Source: Deltaproteobacteria bacterium (GTDB lineage: Bacteria; Desulfobacterota; Binatia; UBA12015). Taken from it: a DNA stretch of 64,000 nt. A model generated the notes under the pieces. The model was not told the DNA's origin. It was given only the letters and a program-made list of their open reading frames with translations, and searched no databases. Positions within the stretch are counted from its first letter, which is position 1; every line of letters begins with the position of its first letter. The stretch is from positions 1 through 64,000 of the forward strand of contig JAYGCM010000019.1 in NCBI GenBank assembly GCA_046583355.1. Reading direction: 5' to 3'. Position numbers and translations under genes: made by a program. This document shows, one piece after another, positions 9,461 to 18,752 of this stretch.

Positions 9461-12374
9461 CGGCGCGCTTCTTTCGCGGCGCTACCGGAAAGAGCGGCGC
9501 GAGCGCCTTGCCGGTCGCCGTCTCGCCGGCTGCCGCGATCTTTGCCGGCGGGCCTTCGGCAACTATGCGACCGCCCTTCGCCCCACCCTCCGGGCCGAGG
9601 TCGATCAACCAATCCGCCTCGGCAATGAAGTCCGTATTATGCTCGACGACGAGCACGGTATTGCCCTGATCCACCAACTCGTGGAGCACGCCGACCAGAC
9701 GGGCCACATCGCTCAGATGCAGCCCTGTCGTCGGTTCGTCAAAGAGAAAGAGCCGTCGCTTGCCATCGCCGCCGGTATCGAGAAAACTCGCTAGCTTCAT
9801 GCGCTGTGCTTCGCCGCCGGAGAGCGTCGCCGTGGGCTGTCCCATCGTCAGATAGCCAAGCCCTACCGCGCGCAAGGCCGCGAGCCGGGCAAGCAGACGC
9901 GGTGCGTCGGCGAAAAATTCACAGGCCGCATCGATCGTCATCCGCAAGACTTCATCGATCGCGACACCCCGATAATGCATCTCCAGCACATGCGTCCGGA
10001 AACGCCGCCCGCCACACGCTTCGCATCCGACCGTCAGGTCGGCCATGAAATGCATCTCGATGGTCGTGGTCCCGATGCCGCTGCATTCTTCGCAACGGCC
10101 GCCGACCGCATTGAAGGAAAAGGCTCCCGCCTTGAGCCCCGCCGCCTTCGCCTCGGGCGTCGCGGCAAAAATCTTGCGGACTTCATCCCAGGCCTTGAGG
10201 TAGGTCGCCGGGTTGGACCGCGAAGAGCGGCCCACCGGAGCCTGCGTCATCAACACCAGCTCGTCGAAATCCTCCAGACCTTCCAACGAGTCGAACTCAC
10301 CGGGCGCAGCCGCCAGGCCGCGCTGGCGCAGGTAGCCCTGGAAGAGAATATGCTCGACCAGGGTGGATTTACCGGAGCCGGAGACACCGGTCACACAACT
10401 CAGGCGGTCGCGCGGAATTTTGACGTGCAGATCAGCCAGGTTGTTCTCGCGGGCACCGCGGATCGCTATATGAGAACGCGCCCGCGGACGTGGCTTGCGC
10501 CCGCTCCGGCGCCCGCGTGCAGCCAGCAACGCACCTGTTGCCGAATCGCCCGCCCGTAATTTCTTCGGCGGTCCGGCAAAGACCACCTCGCCCCCCTCGG
10601 AGCCACCGCCGGGCCCCAAATCGATCAGCCAGGAAGCCCCTTCGATCAGGACCGGATCGTGCTCGACCAGAACCACGGTATTCCCTGCCTCGATGAGATT
10701 ACCCAGAACGCCGAGCAGGCGCTCCGAGTCCCGCGCATGCAAGCCGACGGTTGGTTCATCCAGGCAATAGAGCGTATCGGTCAGAGCGGCGCCCAACGCG
10801 CTCGCCAGATGAATCCGCTGCGCCTCGCCACCGGAGAGCGTACGCGCCTGGCGCGCCAGCGTCAGGTAGTCGAGCCCGACATCGACCAGATAGCGAAACC
10901 GACTGCGCACTTCGTCGAGCAGGCGGGTGGAGCGCGACGAGACGCGCGAATCGAGCCTGAGTTCGGAGACCCAATGCAATCCTTCGCCGATCGGCATCGC
11001 CGCGATATCGGCCATGTTCTTGCCGCCGATCGTCACGGCCAATGCCTCTTTACGCAGCCGCGCGCCCTGGCAATCCCCGCAGGGCGTATAGCCTCGGTAG
11101 CGGGCCAATAGCACCCGCACATGCGTTTTATATCGTTTACGATCCAACCAGGCGAAAAATCCGTTCAAGCCGAAATAGCGCTCGCGGGCGATCTTGTTCT
11201 TTGCCGTCTCGCCCTCCATCACGAACGCACGCTGTTCCGCCGTCATTGCTTCCCAGGGAATATCTGTCGGGATGCCGTGCGCCTTCGCGGTACGCAAAAG
11301 CCAACGATGCAGCGGGCGATTGGCCGGCGTCGACCAGATCGCAATAGCATCTTCCTCGATGGTTTTACGCGGGTCAGGGATCACCTTATCCAGGTCAATT
11401 CCAGCAATGCGACCGAAACCTTCGCAAGTCGGGCATGCGCCGAGCGGGCTGTTGAAGGAGAAGAGCTGCGGCGTCGGGTCGGGCATACCGCGACCGCAGG
11501 AGCGGCAGGAAAAACGACGGTCGAGCTCGATGATGCGCGTCTCGGCCTCGGCCTCGCAGACCAGATCCACCCGCCCCTGAGCCATCGCGAAGGCCGCTTC
11601 GAGTGCCTCACGCATCCGTGCCTGGCGTGTTTTGCCGACCGTGATGCGGTCCACCACAACGGGCAGGATCCGGGTCGGCCCAGCCGCTCGGGTTTTGTTT
11701 TTTACGGCTGCCTTTTTTTTCTTCTTGCGGCCACGCGAGCGTCGATCACTGCCGGCCAAATAAGGCGTCGCGCGCTCGGCGGCGAGCGGCAGATCACCAA
11801 GCTCGGAATCTTCCTGCAACCGAACCAATGCGCCTTCGTGCCAAAGCCGTCGGTAGCCGTTCTTCAGCAGACCGGCGAGGAGATCCGCGCTCGGCACATC
11901 GCCCACCTCGATCGGCGCCACGACCAGAACCACCTGCCCCGACGCCAATGCTTCGAGCTCCTGCAGACCGGTTTGAGGATCGTCACGCAGCACCGGACCG
12001 GCGCAATCCGGGCAACGGGTCTCACCGGCGCCGGCGAAAAGCAGGCGGAGGTGGTCGTTGATCTCGGTGATCGTGCCCACCGTCGAGCGTGCGTTGCGAA
12101 TCGTATTCTTCTGCGCCAGCGCCAGCGCCGGTGGGACGTTGGAGAGAAAGTCCACATCCGGACGCTCCATGCGTTCGAGAAAAAGGCGCGAATAGGTAGA
12201 CATCGATTGCACAAAGCGCCGCTGACCTTCGGCGTAAAGCGTGTCGAAGACCAGGCTCGACTTGCCCGATCCCGAGACCCCCGTCACCACCGTCAATGCG
12301 CGCGGCGGAATCGTGCAATCGACACTCTTCAGATTATGCGTCCGTGCCCCACGGATCTCGATATTTCCCTTCAC
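9450..12374 (-). CDS. uvrA: Excinuclease ABC subunit A (UvrA family, probably a paralogue)
   Basis: GARTHNLK, two GVSGSGKS Walker A motifs, two LSGGEAQR signatures, DEPT Walker B, CxxC zinc fingers; GTG start inferred. Confidence 0.93.
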   Translation of the reverse strand: MKGNIEIRGARTHNLKSVDCTIPPRALTVVTGVSGSGKSSLVFDTLYAEGQRRFVQSMSTYSRLFLERMERPDVDFLSNVPPALALAQKNTIRNARSTVGTITEINDHLRLLFAGAGETRCPDCAGPVLRDDPQTGLQELEALASGQVVLVVAPIEVGDVPSADLLAGLLKNGYRRLWHEGALVRLQEDSELGDLPLAAERATPYLAGSDRRSRGRKKKKKAAVKNKTRAAGPTRILPVVVDRITVGKTRQARMREALEAAFAMAQGRVDLVCEAEAETRIIELDRRFSCRSCGRGMPDPTPQLFSFNSPLGACPTCEGFGRIAGIDLDKVIPDPRKTIEEDAIAIWSTPANRPLHRWLLRTAKAHGIPTDIPWEAMTAEQRAFVMEGETAKNKIARERYFGLNGFFAWLDRKRYKTHVRVLLARYRGYTPCGDCQGARLRKEALAVTIGGKNMADIAAMPIGEGLHWVSELRLDSRVSSRSTRLLDEVRSRFRYLVDVGLDYLTLARQARTLSGGEAQRIHLASALGAALTDTLYCLDEPTVGLHARDSERLLGVLGNLIEAGNTVVLVEHDPVLIEGASWLIDLGPGGGSEGGEVVFAGPPKKLRAGDSATGALLAARGRRSGRKPRPRARSHIAIRGARENNLADLHVKIPRDRLSCVTGVSGSGKSTLVEHILFQGYLRQRGLAAAPGEFDSLEGLEDFDELVLMTQAPVGRSSRSNPATYLKAWDEVRKIFAATPEAKAAGLKAGAFSFNAVGGRCEECSGIGTTTIEMHFMADLTVGCEACGGRRFRTHVLEMHYRGVAIDEVLRMTIDAACEFFADAPRLLARLAALRAVGLGYLTMGQPTATLSGGEAQRMKLASFLDTGGDGKRRLFLFDEPTTGLHLSDVARLVGVLHELVDQGNTVLVVEHNTDFIAEADWLIDLGPEGGAKGGRIVAEGPPAKIAAAGETATGKALAPLFPVAPRKKRAVSR

Positions 12375-12398
12375 CTCGGATTGCCTATCTCGGGTGGT

Positions 12399-13076
12399 AT
12401 GAGTGTGCCAATGCGAGGCGAACTCCAAGTAGCTGATTGGGCCGCGCGGGGGATCCCGCACGGCTTCGCGCCTCCGGATACGGCGGTGGCTCCCGGCCTG
12501 ATTCTGGTGCGAGCAACGCAAGTGCATGGCGACACGATTGTCTCGGTCGATGCCGCAAGCGCATCACCCATTGCGTCGGCCGACGGTCTTCTGACCAACA
12601 CCCCCGGCGTTGCCGTCGCCATCGCCACCGCCGATTGCGTGCCCATTCTTCTATGCAGTCCCGGCGGCCAGCGCGTTGCCGCCGTCCACGCCGGCTGGCG
12701 CGGGACGCTCGCCGATATCACCGGCCGCGCCGTTCGGCGCCTGGCTGCGGACTCCGGCAATCCCGCCAACTTACAAGCGGCGATTGGGCCCTGCATCGGG
12801 CCTTGTTGCTTTGAGGTCGAGGCCGATTTTCAAGACCGTTTCGTGAACCAATTCGGAGCGGAGATCCGTGCGTGCTGGCGCGAGGGCCGTGCGGGCCATG
12901 GCATGCTGGACCTACGCGCCGTGAACCATCTACTGCTGCGCCGCGCCGGACTGCCCGATGCGGCGATCTTCGCGGTCGGCCCCTGCACCTCGTGTGGCGA
13001 CGGCGGCTTTGCCTCCTTTCGCCGCGACGGAATGCGCGCCGGGCGGCAACTCAGCTGGATCGGATGCCCGACATGA
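12399..13076 (+). CDS. pgeF: YfiH/PgeF family (purine nucleoside phosphorylase / peptidoglycan editing factor)
   Basis: QVHG, ADGL, TADCVPILL, HAGWRG, IGPCIGPCCFEV, SFRR. Start at 12399 or 12411. Confidence 0.9.
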   Translation: MSVPMRGELQVADWAARGIPHGFAPPDTAVAPGLILVRATQVHGDTIVSVDAASASPIASADGLLTNTPGVAVAIATADCVPILLCSPGGQRVAAVHAGWRGTLADITGRAVRRLAADSGNPANLQAAIGPCIGPCCFEVEADFQDRFVNQFGAEIRACWREGRAGHGMLDLRAVNHLLLRRAGLPDAAIFAVGPCTSCGDGGFASFRRDGMRAGRQLSWIGCPT

Positions 13077-14140
13077 GCACCGCGCCAAGCCGAGCCAACC
13101 ACGGCGCGACTCCTGTGCCGAAGGGCGCGGCGCAAAGTCGCGATACGCGGCTGCGCCGCCAGTTGCTGCGTTGGTGGGATAGCGGCCACCGCGACCTACC
13201 CTGGCGCGAACGCGCCGATTCCTACGGCATCTGGATTGCCGAGGTGATGGCCCAGCAGACCCGACTCGCCGTGGTAGCTCCGGCCTGGGAGCGCTTCATG
13301 GCAGCCTTCCCGGACATCGAAACGCTGGCGCACGCCGACGAGGAAGCCGTGCTCTCGCTCTGGTCCGGGCTGGGCTATTATTCGCGCGCACGCGCGTTGC
13401 ACCGCGCCGCGGGGGAATTGCACGCCGCGGGCGAGAGCGAGTTCCCACGCGAATGGGAGGCGGCGCGCGCGCTACCGGGTGTAGGCGACTATACCGCCGC
13501 CGCCGTACTCTCGATCGCCCATCAGCGGCCGCATGCTGCCGTCGATGGCAATGTCGTCCGGGTTCTCTCACGCCTCGACCGGCTCGGCGCAGCGGATGCG
13601 AAAAAAGAGCCCTACACCACGCGCGCCGGCGAACTCCTCGCGACACGGCGCCCCGGCGACTGGAACGAAGCCCTGATGGAACTCGGGGAGACCTTCTGTC
13701 GCCCCAAGAATCCGATCTGCACAGGCTGCCCCTGGCACGCAGAATGCGCGGCCCGACTGGGCGATGTGATTGAGCAGCACCCGCCCAGGAAGAAGCGGCG
13801 CGCCATGATTCAGGTCGGCCTCGTGATGGAGCTCCTGCGCGACCGCACGGGTCGTCTCCTGCTTGAGCGAGGCGCCTTCCCCTACCTGCCTCACCTCTGG
13901 TTACCGCCGATCCGCGAGTTGGCCACCGAGATTCCACGCGGCGATTTCCGCCACACCATCGTCCACCGAAAATTCGAGGTTCGAGTCACGACAAAAACAC
14001 TGAGCGTGGCCGGATTAGAGCGTCGCGCTCGGCTTTCCCCTGCCGGCGTCGAGCGCCGGATCATCGAAAGCGGCGAACTGGCCGCGCTGGGCCGCTCGTC
14101 GCTTCTGACCAAGGCATTGCGCCAGGCCGGTTGGGACTGA
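13073..14140 (+). CDS. mutY: A/G-specific adenine glycosylase
   Basis: RDLPWR, IAEVMAQQT, WSGLGYYSRARALH, LPGVGDYTA (HhH), VDGNVVRV, and Fe-S motif CRPKNPICTGCPWHAEC. Confidence 0.95.
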   Translation: MSTAPSRANHGATPVPKGAAQSRDTRLRRQLLRWWDSGHRDLPWRERADSYGIWIAEVMAQQTRLAVVAPAWERFMAAFPDIETLAHADEEAVLSLWSGLGYYSRARALHRAAGELHAAGESEFPREWEAARALPGVGDYTAAAVLSIAHQRPHAAVDGNVVRVLSRLDRLGAADAKKEPYTTRAGELLATRRPGDWNEALMELGETFCRPKNPICTGCPWHAECAARLGDVIEQHPPRKKRRAMIQVGLVMELLRDRTGRLLLERGAFPYLPHLWLPPIRELATEIPRGDFRHTIVHRKFEVRVTTKTLSVAGLERRARLSPAGVERRIIESGELAALGRSSLLTKALRQAGWD

Positions 14141-14206
14141 GTCGGGAATCAGGCGCTACGGCAGCCGACGATTGCAGGATGCCGCCGCGCGGGGCATGAA
14201 TCCCGT

Positions 14207-15106
14207 GTGGGCATACCCAGCATCGGCATCGATCTCGGCGGAAGCAAAATCGAAGGCATTCTCCTGGACGGCGATGGCAAGATCGTTTGCCGCGAACGAC
14301 TGCCCACCGAACAAAGCAAGGGCTACGAGCATATTCTCTCGCGCATCACGACCTTGGTCCGCAAGCTGGAAGCCGGCAGTCCCGGCCTACCCGTCGGCAT
14401 CGGAACACCGGGGTCGCTCTCGGCCCGCGATGGGACGCTCAAGAACTCGAATACACAATGCCTGAACGGTCGCGCGATCCATACGGATCTCGAGAATAGG
14501 CTCGGCCGCCGGCTGCGCATCGAGAACGATGCGAATTGCTTCGCGCTGGCCGAAGCCAGACTCGGCGCTGGCCGTGGCGCGCGAATGGTCTTCGGCGTGA
14601 TCCTCGGCACCGGTGTCGGCGGCGGTATCGTGATCGACGGCCGCATCTGGAGCGGGCCACAGCATATCGCCGGCGAGTGGGGCCACCATATCATCGACCC
14701 CGCCGGACCGCGCTGCTATTGCGGCGCGACCGGGTGCATCGAGAGCCTGCTCTCGGGACCGGCCCTGGCGGCACGCTACGCCGCAGCCGGCGGCGCTACT
14801 CTTGACGCTGCGCAAATCGCGCAACGGGCGGCGGCCGGTGAGGCGTTGGCCTCGCGTCTGCTCAATGAGTGGCTCGACCTCTTTGGCCGCGCCTTGGCGA
14901 ATCTCATCACCATTCTCGACCCGGAGATCATCGTACTCGGCGGCGGATTGTCCAATATCGACGGGCTCTACGACCGAGGCCGCGCGCGAGTCGCGCATTA
15001 TATCTTCAACGACGAATTGACCACGCCGATCCGCCGCCACCAAATCGGCGACTCCGCGGGCGTCCTCGGCGCCGCCCTTCTCGCGTCGGCGGCCACCACC
15101 CGCTAG
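14207..15106 (+). CDS. ROK family sugar kinase (Mak/fructokinase-like)
   Basis: GIDLGGSKIE, ENDANCFALAE, GTGVGGG, GEWGH, CYCG..GC, GDSAGVLGAA. Confidence 0.9.
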   Translation: MGIPSIGIDLGGSKIEGILLDGDGKIVCRERLPTEQSKGYEHILSRITTLVRKLEAGSPGLPVGIGTPGSLSARDGTLKNSNTQCLNGRAIHTDLENRLGRRLRIENDANCFALAEARLGAGRGARMVFGVILGTGVGGGIVIDGRIWSGPQHIAGEWGHHIIDPAGPRCYCGATGCIESLLSGPALAARYAAAGGATLDAAQIAQRAAAGEALASRLLNEWLDLFGRALANLITILDPEIIVLGGGLSNIDGLYDRGRARVAHYIFNDELTTPIRRHQIGDSAGVLGAALLASAATTR

Positions 15107-15116
15107 AGCCGAAGCA

Positions 15117-15749
15117 ATGAGGAAACCAGAGATGAATTGGAAACGATTTTCGATCCCCGCGACCTTGGCCCTGCTCTTGGCTCTGGCGCCGCGCCCGGCG
15201 GTCGCCGAATGCACCTACTCGGTTGCCCCCAATGGCGTCGCGGCGGAATGGACGGCCTTCAAGACCACCAGCAAGGCACCCGTCAAAGGCCATTTTTCAG
15301 AAACTATGCTCGAAGGCCCGCACCAAGCGAGGACGCTCACGGCTCTCGCCAAGGGCCTGCGCATGAAGATCACGGGAAAATCCGTCAAGACTGGGAATCC
15401 AGGTCGTGATGTGACGATTGCCTCTTTCTTTTTCGCCTTCATGAAAGATGGCGGCGCCATCGAAGGACAAGCGACCAAGGTCGAGGGCGACGACAAGAAG
15501 GGCATCCTCCACATCGATGTGACGATGAACGGCCAGACGCGAGACGTTCCCTTTGCCTACACCATCAGCGACAAGCTCGTCGTGGCAGCCACCGCGAGTA
15601 TCGATATTCTCGACTTCCGTATGAAACCGGCCTACGAGCAACTCCACAGAGCCTGCGAGGAGAAGCATACGGGCGACGATGGCGTCGCCAAGACCTGGAC
15701 CACCGTCGACCTGGCGCTGGCCGGCACCATCCTCGCCGACTGCGATTGA
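15117..15749 (+). CDS. YceI-like secreted lipid/polyisoprenoid-binding protein
   Basis: Signal peptide; WTAFKT..K.PVKG.F; SVKTGNPGRD; beta-rich. Confidence 0.75.
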   Translation: MRKPEMNWKRFSIPATLALLLALAPRPAVAECTYSVAPNGVAAEWTAFKTTSKAPVKGHFSETMLEGPHQARTLTALAKGLRMKITGKSVKTGNPGRDVTIASFFFAFMKDGGAIEGQATKVEGDDKKGILHIDVTMNGQTRDVPFAYTISDKLVVAATASIDILDFRMKPAYEQLHRACEEKHTGDDGVAKTWTTVDLALAGTILADCD

Positions 15750-15750
15750 C

Positions 15751-15788
15751 GAAAGTCAGGGGCGCAGAAACCTGCGCCCCCGACTTTC
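15751..15788. terminator. Strong hairpin between convergent genes
   Basis: GAAAGTC-A-GGGGCGCAG / AAAC loop / CTGCGCCCC-C-GACTTTC; no long U tract. Confidence 0.55.
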
Positions 15789-15812
15789 AATGCGGCATGC
15801 GGGCGACCCGAC

Positions 15813-18725
15813 TCAGCGGCATTTGAGCGCATTGCCCTTTGCGTTGAGCACACAATTCTCTTCCAGGAAGGCCACCTCGGCGCATTGGCCGGTCGCCGCT
15901 ATCGGCGCATCAACAACGATAGTCGCCACCAGAGGCGTGTCGGCAAGATCGATTCGCAGGTCGGCATCGGCCAGCTTGACCACAACCTTGTACTGGCCAA
16001 CGGCTTTGGTCGTGATGAGCTTGACCAGCCTGACCGGCCCAGCGCCCTCGCGGCGCTTGTCGCGAAAGACCCAGACCGTGCCTTTGCCATTCGGCTTCCA
16101 GCCGATCCGCGCCGTAGGATTCCAGATCCCTGCGGCAAGCATTTCGTCCAGCAATACGGCACCGCCGCCATCTTCAAGAAGAAAACGCAATCCCCGAGCG
16201 ACCGGATCGATAGCCGGTAGCCCCGGCAACGCCGATACCGTACCCACGAAAATCGCCTTCTGCTCCCCAGCGGGCCGATCCAGACGCGACGCCTTGAAAA
16301 GCGGCTTGGCGACCACGGTTCCGGCTACCTGATTGCAGGCATCACAAACATTGCCCATGCCGTCGCTATCATCATCTTCCTGGAGGGCGTTGGCCTCATC
16401 CGGGCAATTATCGATCGCGTCACACGCGCCGTCGCCGTCGCCGTCGGAAAGACCGGCATCGGCGGGACAGCTCGCCGCTGAACCCGTACATTCCTCGGCC
16501 GCATCACAGGGGGCTCCGCTCGACACACGGCAGACCAGGCCCGTGGCAGCAAAGCCATCGGCCGGACAATCTCCGTCGCTACCATCACAGAATTCATCGA
16601 CATCACAGAGCCCATCGGCCGCGCGGCAAAGCGCACCCGCAGCCGCAACCTCGTCGGCCGGGCATTGCGTGCCGCTGCCGACACAGGTCTCGGGCTTATC
16701 GCAGACGCTCGCCGCGGCGCGGCAGACCGTTCCCGGAACCTCGTAGACATCTGCCGGACACCCCGCCGCGGCGCCCGAGCAAGCCTCCGCTGCGTCGCAG
16801 GGCCCCAGAGCCGCACGGCAGATCGTCGTCACCGGCGCGAAGGCATCGGCCGGGCAATTGGCACCGCTGCCGGTGCAGTTCTCGGCGGCATCGCAGGCGC
16901 CTATGGAGACGCGACATTCGGTACCCGGCGCAACAAAGCCGTCGCTCGGACACTCGCCTACGGCACCCGTGCAGAGCTCCGCTATATCGCAATCGCCATC
17001 GGCACTACGGCATTCCGTGCCGGTAATGGCGAAGCCATCGGCCGGGCAGACGGCCCCTGCACCATCGCATTGCTCGGCTACATCGCATACGCTCGCGGCC
17101 GCGCGACATTCGAGCCCCGAGGGCCGGAAGATATCGGCTGGACAGGTCGAGTCCGATCCCGAGCACGCCTCGGACAGATCACAAGCACCCGCGGACGCAC
17201 GGCAGAGGCTGCCGGCCGGGGCGAATTGATCGGCGGGACACGCCGGGCCGCTGCCCGAACAACTCTCCGCAGCATCGCAGAAATCCACCGACGTTCGACA
17301 TTGAATGGCGGTGCCCGCAAAGGAGTCGGCCGGGCAACTGGGATCCGCGCCGTTGCAGCTCTCCGCAATATCGCAGTTTCCCGCTGCGCTGCGGCATTCC
17401 AGTCCTGCCCCGACAACATCATCGGCCGGACAAAACGCCGAAGCCCCCGTGCAGGCCTCTATCTGATCGCATACGCCACCAAGCGCACGGCACTCCACAC
17501 CGGCGGCGAGGAGAGTATCGGAAGGACACTCCGTATTGCTGCCCGTGCAGGACTCTGCGGTATCGCAAATGCCCGCCGAGGCACGGCAGGTAGTCGCTGT
17601 GTCGAAGAAGCTATCGAGCGGACAGGTCTTCGCATTGCCGTCACAGACCTCTGCGCTATCACAAACGCCCACCTGGACCCGGCAGGTCGTTCCTGCCGGG
17701 GTCACAATATCGGCGGGGCATGAGGCACCCAAGCCATCGCAGGTCTCGGCAATATCACAAAGGCCTGCGGCACCCAGGCATTCCGTACCAGGAGTGGCGA
17801 AACCATCCGCCGGGCACGAAGCGCTCGCGCCGGTGCAGGACTCCGCGACATCACAGATATCAGCCTCACCACGGCAGAGAGTCGCCGCCGCCGTGAAGGT
17901 ACACGAAGCCGTGCAGCAGATACCGCCGTCGCAATCTTCAGAGGGGTCGGTATGGAGATCGCCGCAAGCGGCATGCTCGGTCAACGCGACCGTGATGAAA
18001 TGACCGTCCGCACTCTCGGAGCGAGTCCCTACGCCGGGATAATCGGAGGCCGATTCGCCACCGTGCCCCGACTGAATACCCGCGCGAACGGCGCATTCAT
18101 CGCCACCTCCGACCGAGCCGAATTGGTAGCGACTGTCACAACGCGAGAGAAATTGGAAAGTGAAGCTATGCGATACGACGCTGCCGCCGCTGGTACCGTC
18201 AATGGTCGCGGAACTGCTCTCGCTGACGTCCCTGTAGTAGCCATTGCCATCGTTTCCCGAATCGTAACCGAAGCCGAATGCCAGCGTGCCGCTCACCAAA
18301 GCGTGACTGCTGCCGGCAACGAAATTGCGCAAGCGCACGCGCGCGTCCCCACCGCCGTCGTCCACCAGCGTCATGCCCGCCTTGAGCAGATTCGCTATCG
18401 CAAGCGTATAATCACCGGCCGCGACCACATCGAAGCTGATCGTATAATCGGTCTGCAACGATGTCGTATCCGTCCCCGTCAGGCCCTGATCCGCGAGCGA
18501 AACCAGCGCGTAGCGGGTCGTGAAACCGGCCGCGTTCGAGGATTGGATCGCGACCGTACTCTTGGCCCGCCGATCGGAGTCGCTGAAGTCGCCACTATTG
18601 CCGGCATTCTTCACGATCGTGAGATTCGAGATTCCGGCCGCGGCGTCCGTGGCCGGTAGCAGCAAGAAAAAAGACAGCAGAAGCGCACTCCCGAAGGGGA
18701 GCCTCGCCAAGATAGATTTGTTCAT
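15813..18725 (-). CDS. Secreted Cys-rich protein: 15 disintegrin-like repeats, TSP3-like Ca-binding motif, conserved C-terminal domain
   Basis: Signal peptide; CGD..DPSEDCD repeat; 15 x CR-x5-CD-x2-E-x-C-x-G-x4-CPxD; DGDGDGACDAIDNCP; ends KGNALKCR. Confidence 0.85.
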   Translation of the reverse strand: MNKSILARLPFGSALLLSFFLLLPATDAAAGISNLTIVKNAGNSGDFSDSDRRAKSTVAIQSSNAAGFTTRYALVSLADQGLTGTDTTSLQTDYTISFDVVAAGDYTLAIANLLKAGMTLVDDGGGDARVRLRNFVAGSSHALVSGTLAFGFGYDSGNDGNGYYRDVSESSSATIDGTSGGSVVSHSFTFQFLSRCDSRYQFGSVGGGDECAVRAGIQSGHGGESASDYPGVGTRSESADGHFITVALTEHAACGDLHTDPSEDCDGGICCTASCTFTAAATLCRGEADICDVAESCTGASASCPADGFATPGTECLGAAGLCDIAETCDGLGASCPADIVTPAGTTCRVQVGVCDSAEVCDGNAKTCPLDSFFDTATTCRASAGICDTAESCTGSNTECPSDTLLAAGVECRALGGVCDQIEACTGASAFCPADDVVGAGLECRSAAGNCDIAESCNGADPSCPADSFAGTAIQCRTSVDFCDAAESCSGSGPACPADQFAPAGSLCRASAGACDLSEACSGSDSTCPADIFRPSGLECRAAASVCDVAEQCDGAGAVCPADGFAITGTECRSADGDCDIAELCTGAVGECPSDGFVAPGTECRVSIGACDAAENCTGSGANCPADAFAPVTTICRAALGPCDAAEACSGAAAGCPADVYEVPGTVCRAAASVCDKPETCVGSGTQCPADEVAAAGALCRAADGLCDVDEFCDGSDGDCPADGFAATGLVCRVSSGAPCDAAEECTGSAASCPADAGLSDGDGDGACDAIDNCPDEANALQEDDDSDGMGNVCDACNQVAGTVVAKPLFKASRLDRPAGEQKAIFVGTVSALPGLPAIDPVARGLRFLLEDGGGAVLLDEMLAAGIWNPTARIGWKPNGKGTVWVFRDKRREGAGPVRLVKLITTKAVGQYKVVVKLADADLRIDLADTPLVATIVVDAPIAATGQCAEVAFLEENCVLNAKGNALKCR
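16460..17876 (-). repeat. Coding tandem repeat, 15 x ~96 bp (32 aa)
   Basis: Counted manually from the translation; four Cys per unit, DNA diverged between units. Confidence 0.85.
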
Positions 18726-18752
18726 GATTTCCTCGAGTCAGAGGGTAGGTAT

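Noticed and set aside
11121..12398. 651-aa ORF as a long PgeF fusion
   Set aside because: The first ~426 codons are antisense to uvrA; only the portion from 12399 has YfiH motifs.
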